DNA of 32,000 nt from Zymomonas mobilis subsp. mobilis ATCC 10988 (GTDB taxonomy: Bacteria; Pseudomonadota; Alphaproteobacteria; Sphingomonadales; Sphingomonadaceae): assembly GCF_000175255.2 (NCBI RefSeq), contig NC_017262.1, positions 1,110,001 to 1,142,000 on the forward strand, in the 5' to 3' direction. The position numbers were made by a program, and so were the translations under genes. Below, in pieces: positions 16,006-25,196 of this stretch. Numbering within the stretch: the stretch's first letter is position 1; each line of letters opens with the position of its first letter. The notes under the pieces are model-generated. The model saw nothing but the letters and a program-made list of their open reading frames with translations, ran no database searches and was not told where the DNA came from.

Positions 16006-17115
16006 TTAGAGCGCCTGCCTAACCAAGGAAGTTAAAATACCAGCGACATCCTGCATATGTTTTTCACTGCCGATAGTGATACGTAATGCGTGAGGAAGGC
16101 GCTGTCCCGGCAACCAACGGGTGGTATAGCCGTGATCCATCAAGGCTTTATAGGCGGTTTCAGCCGTCAGGCTGCCTTCAAACAGCAGTAAAGTAAAATT
16201 GGCAGAGGACGGGATAACACGAATGCCAGCATTACTTAAAAGCGCCATCTGGTTTTCAAACCAGCCACGCCATTTTTTGTTATGTTTGAAGCTGTTCTGG
16301 ATGAAAGCCTGATCTTCCAAAGCGGCGACCGCTGCCTTTTGTCCCGCAATCGTGACATTGAAGGGTGCCCGTATCCGGTTAAGGGCATCAATGATTTCAG
16401 GGCAAGCATAAGCCCAGCCAATTCTTTCAGCGGCCAATCCGTAAATTTTAGAAAATGTCCGCGTTACCAGCACATTTTTTGTGTTTTTGGCGAGTGCTAA
16501 CGCGCCATCATCACATTCAGGATCAAGATATTCAGCATAGGCCTGATCGATAACCAATAAGCAGTTACGGGGAAGGCCGTTATGTAGTTTTTCGACTTCT
16601 GCACGGGTAATCCATGTTCCCGTCGGGTTATTCGGATTGGCAATAAAAACAACCCGCGTCCGTGGCGTGACAGCCTTTAACAAGGCATCAACAGAACAAC
16701 GATAGTCATCATCCGGTGCTTCTACCGGTGTTGCGCCTACGCGTCTGGCAGCCAGCGGATAAACTGAAAAACTATAGCGAGGGTATAAAACCTCGTCATC
16801 TTGTCCGGCATAGGCACCGGCGGCCAAATGCAGGATTTCATCCGATCCGGTGCCGTGAATAATCCGAGCCGGATCAAGATTATAGCAAGCGCCGATAGCC
16901 TCACGCAGAGCGGTTGCCCCACTGTCAGGATACAGGGAAAGGGAGTCTATGGCTTCCCGATAGGCTTCTTTCGCCTTTAGGCTAGTTCCCAAAGGATTTT
17001 CATTAGACGAAAGTTTGACAGCCGGACGGCCATCCAGCGTCTTTGATGACCCCGGTATGTAAGGCGCAATACTGTCGATCCAAGATTTCGGGCGAAGTTC
17101 AGGTGCAGCAGTCAT
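16006..17115 (-). CDS. hisC: Histidinol-phosphate (imidazole acetol phosphate) aminotransferase
   Basis: Motifs LSSNENPLG, NPNNPTG and the PLP-Lys block RTFSKIYGLAAERIGW. 369 aa. Confidence 0.92.
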   Translation of the reverse strand: MTAAPELRPKSWIDSIAPYIPGSSKTLDGRPAVKLSSNENPLGTSLKAKEAYREAIDSLSLYPDSGATALREAIGACYNLDPARIIHGTGSDEILHLAAGAYAGQDDEVLYPRYSFSVYPLAARRVGATPVEAPDDDYRCSVDALLKAVTPRTRVVFIANPNNPTGTWITRAEVEKLHNGLPRNCLLVIDQAYAEYLDPECDDGALALAKNTKNVLVTRTFSKIYGLAAERIGWAYACPEIIDALNRIRAPFNVTIAGQKAAVAALEDQAFIQNSFKHNKKWRGWFENQMALLSNAGIRVIPSSANFTLLLFEGSLTAETAYKALMDHGYTTRWLPGQRLPHALRITIGSEKHMQDVAGILTSLVRQAL

Positions 17116-17571
17116 AATAGCTCTTTGATAAAAATCCGGATAATAATGGCGCGCGTTAAAGGCTATCCTCGATATTTAATAGTCTTTTCTTTATTTTAGA
17201 ACAAAAGTGACTGATTTTGTATCATAATTTATAAAAAATTTTACAGCTTTTTGGTCAAAGCAGAAAATAGATTGATTTGGTTTATTGGGTTGTGTTTTTC
17301 TTGTTTTTTATAATAAAAAATTAAAAAACTAAATTTTCTTTAATGGTTTTGTTTAAAAAGGCTTTAATTTTTATTTTTTGGTATTTCCTAATAGAGTAAA
17401 ATTGCCGATTTTTTTTAGCGATAAACTGTTTTTTATATTTTTTATGGCCGTTTTTGCTTTGCCACTTTCACGCCCCAACCCAGAAAGGCTTGTTTCAACG
17501 TTCAATATGTTTTTTCGATCGCTGTGATCAAATCAGCTGACCTTGACGATGCTCGCAACTATCTCCATGCT

Positions 17572-17596
17572 TAATCAGACAAATTTAGTCTTGTTT
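17572..17596. promoter_or_regulatory. IscR type-1-like / Rrf2 operator candidate upstream of the suf regulator
   Basis: TAATCAGACAAATTTAGTCTTGTTT contains GAC-N7-GTC with an AT-rich centre. It matches about 17 of 25 positions of the remembered consensus ATASYYGACTRWWWYAGTCRRSTAT and lies about 90-110 nt upstream of ATG 17683. Confidence 0.3.
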
Positions 17597-17682
17597 TTGA
17601 TTCGATTTATCGTTGTTAAAAAATACTATTTTTTTAAAAAAAATTGAAAAAAGATTATTTTTTATTCAGGGTTTTTGATTAT

Positions 17683-18090
17683 ATGCGTCTTTCTAATCTG
17701 ACAGATTATGCCGTTGTCGTGCTGCGTCAGGTTGTTCACCATGGCGCAGGTGCGAAATGTTTAACGACACTAACTATGGCGGAAAAAACAGGTCTCCCTT
17801 TACCTACTGTGCAAAAACTGATGGGGCGTTTAGCCGCAGCCCATCTGCTGACGTCGTTGCGCGGTATGGGGGGCGGATTCACATTGGCACGTCCGGCGGA
17901 GGAAATTACCCTTGCTGATGTCGTCGAAGCCATAGAAGGGCCTATCGCTATGTCATCCTGTGATAACAAAGAAAGCCTTTGCAAATTTTCTGCGGAATGT
18001 GGAATGCGGCCTCGTTGGCCAGAGGTAAACCGCACCGTCAAAAATGCCCTTGAAAGTATCAGTCTTAAAAGTCTTGCGGGAGCATCATAA
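17683..18090 (+). CDS. Rrf2-family Fe-S cluster assembly (SUF) transcriptional regulator
   Basis: The [18 protein letters not shown]-terminus indicates a winged HTH, and there is a Cys triad C-X6-C-X5-C ([16 protein letters not shown]). Its TAATG junction overlaps sufB. Start taken at ATG 17683, not TTG 17644. Confidence 0.88.
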   Translation: MRLSNLTDYAVVVLRQVVHHGAGAKCLTTLTMAEKTGLPLPTVQKLMGRLAAAHLLTSLRGMGGGFTLARPAEEITLADVVEAIEGPIAMSSCDNKESLCKFSAECGMRPRWPEVNRTVKNALESISLKSLAGAS

Positions 18091-19562
18091 TGAGTGAGAC
18101 AAAAAACGAAGCTGCATTGGAAGCGTTAGCCCGCAATGATCGTTATGAATGGGGCTTTTCTTCTGCGGTTGATCAGGAATTCGCTCCGAAAGGATTAAAC
18201 GAGGATATTGTCCGTTTCATTTCGGCCAAAAAAGGCGAGCCGGAATGGATGCTGGAATGGCGATTGGAAGCCTATAAACGCTGGCTCGAAATGGAAATGC
18301 CTCATTGGGCAAAATTGAAGCTGCCTGAAATAGATTATCAGGATGCTTATTATTATGCCGCCCCCAAAGCGAAGCCCAAGATTGAATCTCTGGATGAAAT
18401 TGATCCCGAGATTAGGAAAACCTATGAAAAATTAGGCATCCCGATTGAAGAACAAAAAGTTTTAGCCGGTGTTAGCGGTGCGCGTGAAGTCGCGGTTGAT
18501 GCTGTCTTTGATTCTGTTTCAGTGGCAACCACTTTTCGAGAAAAATTACAGGAAGTGGGTGTTATCTTCCTGTCAATTTCTGAAGCCATCAAGACATATC
18601 CAGAATTGGTCAAGCGCTATCTTGGGCGGGTCGTGCCGGTCAGGGATAACTATTTTTCGGCTTTGAACAGTGCTGTTTTTTCAGATGGCACCTTTGTTTA
18701 TATACCGGAAGGTGTCCGCTGCCCGATGGAATTATCGACTTATTTTCGTATCAATGCCGCGAATACCGGACAATTTGAGCGGACTTTGATCGTCGCTGAT
18801 AAAGGCGCTTATGTCTCTTATCTCGAAGGATGCACTGCCCCCCAACGAGATGAGAATCAGCTTCATGCGGCGGTTGTCGAGATTTTTGTCCATGAGGAAG
18901 CTGAAGTCCGTTATTCGACGGTGCAGAATTGGTATCCCGGCGATGAAAATGGCAAAGGCGGTATCTATAACTTTGTGACCAAGCGGGCGTTATGTGATGG
19001 CGCAAGATCAAAAGTAAGCTGGACTCAGGTTGAAACGGGTTCGGCGATTACTTGGAAATATCCGTCCTGTATCCTCAAAGGCGAGGAATCGGTCGGGGAA
19101 TTCTATTCCATTGCGCTGACCAATAATTATCAGCAGGCAGATACCGGCACCAAGATGATCCATATCGGCAAGAATAGCCGTTCTACTATCATTTCAAAGG
19201 GTATCTCGGCCGGTCACTCTGACAATACCTATCGCGGTTTGGTGAAGGTCGGCGGCGCTGCTGAAAATGTCCGTAACTTTACGCGATGTGACTCTCTTTT
19301 GATTGGCGATAAATGCGGGGCACATACCGTCCCCTATATCGAGGTAAGAAATCCCTCTGCCAAAGTCGAACATGAAGCTACGACCTCGAAAATTTCTGAT
19401 GACGAGCTTTTCTATGCCAGACAGCGCGGATTGAATGAAGATGAAGCCGTGGCTTTGATCGTCAATGGTTTTGCCCGAGACGTTCTACAAAAATTACCAA
19501 TGGAATTTGCGATCGAAGCCCAAAAGTTATTAGGAATCAGCCTTGAAGGTGCGGTTGGCTAA
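18090..19562 (+). CDS. sufB: Fe-S cluster assembly scaffold SufB
   Basis: 490 aa. The sequence context ([52 protein letters not shown]) and its position before sufC identify it. Confidence 0.95.
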   Translation: MSETKNEAALEALARNDRYEWGFSSAVDQEFAPKGLNEDIVRFISAKKGEPEWMLEWRLEAYKRWLEMEMPHWAKLKLPEIDYQDAYYYAAPKAKPKIESLDEIDPEIRKTYEKLGIPIEEQKVLAGVSGAREVAVDAVFDSVSVATTFREKLQEVGVIFLSISEAIKTYPELVKRYLGRVVPVRDNYFSALNSAVFSDGTFVYIPEGVRCPMELSTYFRINAANTGQFERTLIVADKGAYVSYLEGCTAPQRDENQLHAAVVEIFVHEEAEVRYSTVQNWYPGDENGKGGIYNFVTKRALCDGARSKVSWTQVETGSAITWKYPSCILKGEESVGEFYSIALTNNYQQADTGTKMIHIGKNSRSTIISKGISAGHSDNTYRGLVKVGGAAENVRNFTRCDSLLIGDKCGAHTVPYIEVRNPSAKVEHEATTSKISDDELFYARQRGLNEDEAVALIVNGFARDVLQKLPMEFAIEAQKLLGISLEGAVG

Positions 19563-19576
19563 CAGGAGATAATACA

Positions 19577-20329
19577 ATGAGTAAGATGTTGGAAATTCGT
19601 AATCTTCGCGCTGAAGTCGATAACAAGCAGATTCTGAAAGGCTTGAATCTGGAAATAGGTGCCGGAGAAATTCATGCTATCATGGGGCCTAATGGGGCAG
19701 GGAAATCCACCCTTTCCTATGTTCTTTCCGGTAAGCCCGGCTATACGGTAACGGATGGCTCCGCCCGTTTTATGGGAAAAGACTTGCTGGCGATGGAACC
19801 GCATGAGCGGGCAGCCGCCGGTCTGTTTTTGGGCTTTCAATATCCGGTAGAAATTGCCGGTGTTTCCAATCTCCATTTTTTGAGAGCGGCAGCTAATGCC
19901 CAGCGGAAAACACGGGGTGAAGAGGAACTCTCCGCTGGAGAATTTATTAAAATTGCCAGCAAGGAAGCCAAAGCATTGGGCATCAATCCCGAAATGTTGA
20001 AGCGTCCTGTTAATGTCGGTTTTTCGGGCGGTGAAAAGAAACGCAACGAAATGATGCAGATGGCCGTTCTTCAGCCAAAGCTGGCTATTCTGGATGAAAC
20101 CGATTCCGGTCTTGATATTGATGCCTTGCGGATTGTCAGCGAAAGCATCAATCGCGTTATGCGGCAGCCAGATCGTTCCGTCCTGTTAATTACCCATTAT
20201 CAGCGTTTGTTGGATCATGTAAAACCGGATTTCGTCCATGTTTTGGTCAAAGGTCAGATTGTGCGCTCCGGCGGGGCAGAGCTGGCTTTGGAACTGGAAC
20301 GCGAAGGTTATGGGGAGTTGGTAGCATGA
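19577..20329 (+). CDS. sufC: Fe-S cluster assembly ATPase SufC
   Basis: Walker A GPNGAGKST, signature FSGGEKKRNE, Walker B ILDETDSGLD. Confidence 0.95.
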   Translation: MSKMLEIRNLRAEVDNKQILKGLNLEIGAGEIHAIMGPNGAGKSTLSYVLSGKPGYTVTDGSARFMGKDLLAMEPHERAAAGLFLGFQYPVEIAGVSNLHFLRAAANAQRKTRGEEELSAGEFIKIASKEAKALGINPEMLKRPVNVGFSGGEKKRNEMMQMAVLQPKLAILDETDSGLDIDALRIVSESINRVMRQPDRSVLLITHYQRLLDHVKPDFVHVLVKGQIVRSGGAELALELEREGYGELVA

Positions 20330-21441
20330 CGACTGTCGAAGACAGCCATAAGACAAAAGCTGCTCTGACATTACCTTCTCCGCATGACGAAGAATGGCAT
20401 TGGTCGCGGTTGAATGCTTTGGAAATATTGGCAGGCGAAGAGCATGGCCAGTTTCCTTTGCCCAATCCGTCTTCTTTCTGGTCAGGTCTGACAAATCCTA
20501 AATTGCTGTTTATTGACGGGGTTTACCAGCCGGAAGCGAGCCATCCGGGGCCTGTTAAAATCGGAGCCGTGGAGGCAAAAAGCCAAAATCCTTTGGGTCA
20601 AATGGCTAATGGGGCAAGTGGCTGGACGCTCGAGATTGAAGAAGACTGCGCCGAGCCTATCGAGATTTTATATTTAGGCAGCGGCGGTGCTTACCATCTG
20701 CCTTCTTCTGTTCGTTTAGCCAAGAATGTTTCGGCAACTTTGGTCGAGACTTATGCTGGACAGGGTTGGGGCAACCGCTTTTCCTATTTCGATCTTGGTG
20801 AAAATGCTCAATTACAACGCTTATCGCGTTTATCTTGCGAAGGCGGCTTTACGTCTTTGATTGAAGAAGGTCGTTTGGGTGAAAACGCCCATTTGCTGAC
20901 CGACTGGATCGGAAATAAAGGCGCGGATAGTCGGATAGACCAGCGTTTCGATTTAACCGCTTCCGGTGCTGAATTGATGAGCGGCGGCGCTTTTCTGGCA
21001 AGAGAAAAACAGCGGCATGATATCATGATTATCACCCGCCATATTGCCGAGGGATGTCGCAGCCGTCAGAAGTTAAGAGCCTTGGCCGATGATGAATCAA
21101 CGGTCAGCTTGGCTGTTCGCACAGAGGTTGCCGCTTCTGCACAAAAAAGCGACGGGGAGCAGTCTTTGAAAGGCCTGCTTTTGTCCCGTAACGCAACGAT
21201 TAATATGAAGCCGGAGCTGGAAATCTATGCCGATGATGTCAAATGCGCGCATGGGGCGGCTGTCGGTGAACTTGATCCGCAGGCGCTTTTCTATCTGGAA
21301 TCCCGAGGTATTGACCCCGAAGAAGCCAAAGATTTGTTGATTCAATCTTTTGTGATGGAAGCCTTTATTTCGACTCCGGATAGTCTGCTCTATTCGACAT
21401 GGCTGCATGATACAGAACATTGGGCAGGAGAAAAAGAATGA
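20326..21441 (+). CDS. sufD: Fe-S cluster assembly protein SufD
   Basis: ATGA overlap with sufC. The C-terminal SufBD beta-helix region (PELEIYADDVKCAHGAAVGELD) is present. At 371 aa it is somewhat short. Confidence 0.88.
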   Translation: MTTVEDSHKTKAALTLPSPHDEEWHWSRLNALEILAGEEHGQFPLPNPSSFWSGLTNPKLLFIDGVYQPEASHPGPVKIGAVEAKSQNPLGQMANGASGWTLEIEEDCAEPIEILYLGSGGAYHLPSSVRLAKNVSATLVETYAGQGWGNRFSYFDLGENAQLQRLSRLSCEGGFTSLIEEGRLGENAHLLTDWIGNKGADSRIDQRFDLTASGAELMSGGAFLAREKQRHDIMIITRHIAEGCRSRQKLRALADDESTVSLAVRTEVAASAQKSDGEQSLKGLLLSRNATINMKPELEIYADDVKCAHGAAVGELDPQALFYLESRGIDPEEAKDLLIQSFVMEAFISTPDSLLYSTWLHDTEHWAGEKE

Positions 21442-22661
21442 GCCCGTCAGCAGGAAATAACAGAGTAGCGGATTTCAATCATCGCGCCGATTTTCCGGCT
21501 ATTCCTGAAAACTGGTCTTATCTTGATAGTGCTGCCACGGCACAAAAACCGAAAGCGGTTATAGACGCGGTCTATAAAGCCTATGCGGTCGATTATGCGA
21601 CGGTGCATCGCGGCGTTTATAGTCGTTCGGCGGATATGACGATTGCCTATGAAAAGGCGCGAGAAACGGTTGCGCGCTTTATCGGAGCCAAAACCCCTGA
21701 TGAGATTGTTTTTGTTCGTGGTGCAACCGAAGCGATCAATTTGGTTGCCCAGATCTGGGGTGCTGCCCATTTAAAACAAGGCGACCGAATCCTTATCAGT
21801 CAATTGGAACATCACAGCAATATTGTGCCTTGGCAGCTTTTGCGTGACCGGATGGGTTTTTCCATCGATGTTATTCCTTTGGATGAAGAAGGCCAGATAG
21901 ATCTGGATGCGGCTGCCCGAATGATCCGGCCGGAACATAAACTGCTTTCATTGGCTCATATATCCAATGTGCTGGGTTCGGTTCTGGATGTTTCGAAAGC
22001 CCGAAAAATTGCGGATAGTGTCGGAGCAAAATTATTGATTGATGGGTGTCAGTCAGCCCCTCATTTGCCTATCAATGTTTCTGAATTAGGATGCGATTTT
22101 TTCGTTTTTTCAGGCCACAAGCTCTATGCACCAACGGGTATCGGAGTTTTATGGGCTAAATCCGATATTTTGGACTCGATGGCACCTTGGCAGGGCGGTG
22201 GTGCGATGATCGATCAGGTCACTTTTGAAAAAACGACCTATCTTGATCCGCCTGCACGCTTTGAAGCTGGAACGCCGCATATTGTCGGGACTTTGGGGCT
22301 GGCCGCCGCCATTGAATATCTAGAAAATATCGGCATGGAAGAAGTTGCCCGTCACGAGGCTGCTTTAACTAAAATAGCGAGAAACCGCCTGAAAGATATC
22401 AAGGGATTGCGTCTTTTTGGTGCAGATGACAGCGCAGCAATCTTAAGTTTTTCTATGGACGGTATTCATCCTCACGATATCGGCACTATCTTGGATGAAG
22501 AGGGTGTCGCTATCCGCGCCGGTCACCATTGCGCTCAACCTCTGATGGCTCATTTGAATGTGCCAGCGACCGCAAGAGCCAGTTTTGGTCTTTATAATGA
22601 AGAGCAAGATATCGAGCGTTTGGCAGCCGGACTTTCAAGAGTAGTGAGTATTTTCTTATGA
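21438..22661 (+). CDS. sufS: Cysteine desulfurase SufS (class II)
   Basis: PLP-Lys block FSGHKLYAPTGIGVL and catalytic Cys block RAGHHCAQP. ATGA overlap with sufD and a GGAG SD. The track start 21420 is probably too long. Confidence 0.93.
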   Translation: MSPSAGNNRVADFNHRADFPAIPENWSYLDSAATAQKPKAVIDAVYKAYAVDYATVHRGVYSRSADMTIAYEKARETVARFIGAKTPDEIVFVRGATEAINLVAQIWGAAHLKQGDRILISQLEHHSNIVPWQLLRDRMGFSIDVIPLDEEGQIDLDAAARMIRPEHKLLSLAHISNVLGSVLDVSKARKIADSVGAKLLIDGCQSAPHLPINVSELGCDFFVFSGHKLYAPTGIGVLWAKSDILDSMAPWQGGGAMIDQVTFEKTTYLDPPARFEAGTPHIVGTLGLAAAIEYLENIGMEEVARHEAALTKIARNRLKDIKGLRLFGADDSAAILSFSMDGIHPHDIGTILDEEGVAIRAGHHCAQPLMAHLNVPATARASFGLYNEEQDIERLAAGLSRVVSIFL

Positions 22662-23092
22662 GTAATATCACGGGAACGTCGGAAGCCCCTTTAGAAACGC
22701 CTTCGGGTGAAAATTCTGGCGAGGCCTCGGCCTCTGCCCCTCGGAAACAGGATTATCTCGAAGGCTTCACGGCTGAAAAACCGGATAAGGAAAAGCTGAA
22801 GGCTGAAATTATCGAAACCTTGAGAGATATTTATGATCCGGAAATTCCGGTTAATATTTATGATCTGGGGTTGGTTTATGACATTGAAATTGGTGATGAC
22901 AATCATGTCGTTATCAAAATGACCCTGACAACGCCGAATTGTCCGGTTGCGGGGTCGATGCCTGCGGAAATTGAACTGCGCGTCGGGCAAATAAAAGGGG
23001 TCGGTGCGGTTGAAGTTGAATTGGTGTGGGATCCGCCTTGGGGCATGGATCGCATCAGCGATGAAGCCAAACTTGAATTAGGGCTGTTGTAG
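22658..23092 (+). CDS. sufT: DUF59 (MIP18/SufT-type) Fe-S assembly protein
   Basis: DUF59 core IYDPEIPVNIYDLGLVY...TLTTPNCPV. ATGA overlap with sufS. Confidence 0.82.
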   Translation: MSNITGTSEAPLETPSGENSGEASASAPRKQDYLEGFTAEKPDKEKLKAEIIETLRDIYDPEIPVNIYDLGLVYDIEIGDDNHVVIKMTLTTPNCPVAGSMPAEIELRVGQIKGVGAVEVELVWDPPWGMDRISDEAKLELGLL

Positions 23093-23130
23093 CTTTGAAA
23101 AGCTCTCAATAGCCCCGAAAGGAATATGAA

Positions 23131-23472
23131 ATGGCGAAGACTGCTTCTGTTATTACCCTGACCCCGAATGCTAAAATGCGGATCAAAAAACTGTTATCCG
23201 AAGCCCCTGAAGGAACGGTTGGGGTTAAACTCTCAACTCCGAAGAAAGGCTGTTCGGGCTTGGCATATTCTTTGGAATATACCGATAAAGCTGACCCGCT
23301 CGATGAACGGATTGTGATTGATGATGCGGTGTTATTTATTGATAATGCCTCGTTACTTTATTTGATCGGTTCAGAAATGGATTGGGTCGAAGATGATTTT
23401 CAGGCCGCTTTCCAATTTAAAAATCCTAATGCGACCGGCATGTGCGGTTGCGGTGAAAGCTTTACTGTCTGA
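23131..23472 (+). CDS. sufA: A-type Fe-S cluster carrier (SufA/IscA/HesB family)
   Basis: 113 aa with Cys in KKGCSG and the C-terminal CGCGESF motif. Confidence 0.9.
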   Translation: MAKTASVITLTPNAKMRIKKLLSEAPEGTVGVKLSTPKKGCSGLAYSLEYTDKADPLDERIVIDDAVLFIDNASLLYLIGSEMDWVEDDFQAAFQFKNPNATGMCGCGESFTV

Positions 23473-23596
23473 TTATTGGGTTGAATGAAGCCTTGTCTTT
23501 TATTCGCTTTATTTGTGTCCAGTTTTCTTTTTTGTAATAAAACAGGTATAGAAGGGGATGATGACCCCTCAATTGTCTCAATGACAAGGCACCTAT

Positions 23597-24265
23597 ATGA
23601 CTTCTAGTTTGCAGCATATCGAAAACTGGATCTTTGACCTCGATAATACGCTCTATCCGCCGGATGCTGATCTTTTTACCCATATCGACAAGCGTATGGC
23701 CTATTATATTTCGGTGAAATTAAACCTGCCTCTGGAAAAATCCCAGAAACTACAGCAGGATTATTATCTAAAATATGGGGCTTCTTTGGTCGGTTTGTAT
23801 CGGTATCACAATATCGACCCGTATGACTATTTGGCCTATGTCCACAATATCGAAATGGACAGTTTATCCCCCGACCTGACATTGAGACGATCTATTGAAA
23901 ATTTGCCGGGACGCAAATGGATTTTTACAAATGGCGATCGACCTTATGCTGAACAGGTCTTAGAGCGCCGTGGATTGTCGGGTGTATTTGAAGGGGTATT
24001 CGACATCCATTCTTCGCAATATCGACCAAAGCCCGATCCTTCTTGTTATCAACGTATGTTGGAAGAATTTCAGGCCAATGGAGAAAAATCGCTCTTTGTC
24101 GATGATATGGCCTGTAACCTGTTGCCTGCGAAAGATCAGGGCATGACCACTGTTTGGGTCAATCATGGATTGAAAGGGCAGGATGGTCATATTACGGAAG
24201 GCCATGAAAAAATAGATTACGAAATTTATGATGTCGGTTCTTGGTTAAAAGAGATAACAGCGTAA
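23597..24265 (+). CDS. HAD-superfamily pyrimidine 5'-nucleotidase-like hydrolase
   Basis: Motif I WIFDLDNTLY, plus FTNG and LFVDD motifs. 222 aa. Confidence 0.7.
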   Translation: MTSSLQHIENWIFDLDNTLYPPDADLFTHIDKRMAYYISVKLNLPLEKSQKLQQDYYLKYGASLVGLYRYHNIDPYDYLAYVHNIEMDSLSPDLTLRRSIENLPGRKWIFTNGDRPYAEQVLERRGLSGVFEGVFDIHSSQYRPKPDPSCYQRMLEEFQANGEKSLFVDDMACNLLPAKDQGMTTVWVNHGLKGQDGHITEGHEKIDYEIYDVGSWLKEITA

Positions 24266-24298
24266 ATTCAACTTGTTACTATAAAGAAAGAAATCGGG

Positions 24299-25129
24299 AT
24301 GTCTGATCTTATCAAGATTATTGATCAAGCCTTTGAAGACCGTGCCAATATTACGCCTGCGACCAAAGGTGCCGTTGTCGAAGCCGTTGAAGAGGCTCTG
24401 TCCTTATTGGATTCTGGTAAACGCCGCGTTGCCGAATTGGGCGATAATGGCGAATGGGTCGTCAATCAGTGGTTGAAAAAAGCCGTTCTTCTGTCTTTCC
24501 GTTTGACCGGCAATGCGCCGATGAATGGTGGTTATGATAAAGTCCCGCTGAAATTCGCTAACTGGAGCGAAGATCAGTTTAAACAGGCTGGTTTCCGTGC
24601 GGTTCCCGGGGCCGTTGTTCGTCGTGGCGCCTTTATTTCCAAGGGCGCTGTCCTGATGCCGAGCTTCGTAAATATCGGTGCTTATGTCGGCGAAAATACC
24701 ATGGTTGATACATGGGCAACCGTTGGTTCATGCGCCCAGATCGGTGCGAATGTCCATATTTCTGGCGGTGCCGGTATCGGCGGTGTGCTTGAACCTTTAC
24801 AGGCAGGCCCTGTCATCATTGGCGACAATGCCTTTATCGGGGCGCGTTCCGAAGTTGCCGAAGGCGTTACGGTCGGTGAAGGTGCCGTTCTGTCGATGGG
24901 TGTCTTTATCGGTGCGTCAACCCGTATTATTGATCGGGCAACTGGCGAAATCCATATGGGTAAGGTCCCGCCTTATGCTGTGGTTGTTCCGGGTAGCTTG
25001 CCTGGCAAGCCTTTGCCTGATGGTCGTCCGGGACCTTCGCTTTATTGCGCTGTTATTGTTAAAACAGCCGATGAACGCACCCGTTCAAAGACCAGCATCA
25101 ATCAGCTTTTAAGAGAAGCCCAGAATTAA
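24299..25129 (+). CDS. dapD: 2,3,4,5-tetrahydropyridine-2,6-dicarboxylate N-succinyltransferase
   Basis: 276 aa. It has a left-handed beta-helix hexapeptide run ([40 protein letters not shown]...) and a DapD-type N-terminal domain. Confidence 0.92.
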   Translation: MSDLIKIIDQAFEDRANITPATKGAVVEAVEEALSLLDSGKRRVAELGDNGEWVVNQWLKKAVLLSFRLTGNAPMNGGYDKVPLKFANWSEDQFKQAGFRAVPGAVVRRGAFISKGAVLMPSFVNIGAYVGENTMVDTWATVGSCAQIGANVHISGGAGIGGVLEPLQAGPVIIGDNAFIGARSEVAEGVTVGEGAVLSMGVFIGASTRIIDRATGEIHMGKVPPYAVVVPGSLPGKPLPDGRPGPSLYCAVIVKTADERTRSKTSINQLLREAQN

Positions 25130-25150
25130 AGTCTATTGAGACGTAACGGA

Positions 25151-25182
25151 AAGCCGGCATTTTATGAATGCCGGCTTTTTTT
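25151..25182 (+). terminator. Rho-independent terminator after dapD
   Basis: AAGCCGGCATT-ttatg-AATGCCGGCTT followed by a T run. The strong stem may also stop the convergent arginase-fold gene. Confidence 0.88.
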
Positions 25183-25196
25183 ATAAAAGAAACGCC

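Noticed and set aside
17116-17643. The AT-rich 567-bp spacer considered as a replication origin, dif site or mobile-element scar.
   Set aside because: I could find no DnaA-box-like TTATCCACA/TGTGGATAA motifs and no XerCD-type ATAATGTATATTATG core. There are no terminal inverted or direct repeats and no integrase or transposase nearby.
4163-21437. Long N-terminal extensions in the ORF track at 4163, 6430, 11907, 12014, 17644, 21420 and 27686.
   Set aside because: In each case an internal ATG, GTG or TTG has a much better SD and/or gives the canonical family N-terminus, or makes an ATGA coupling junction. The upstream extension encodes implausible low-complexity residues.
24678-25112. A 144-aa alternative-frame ORF inside dapD.
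   Set aside because: The dapD frame shows an uninterrupted hexapeptide-repeat beta-helix. The alternative frame has no start context or motifs.
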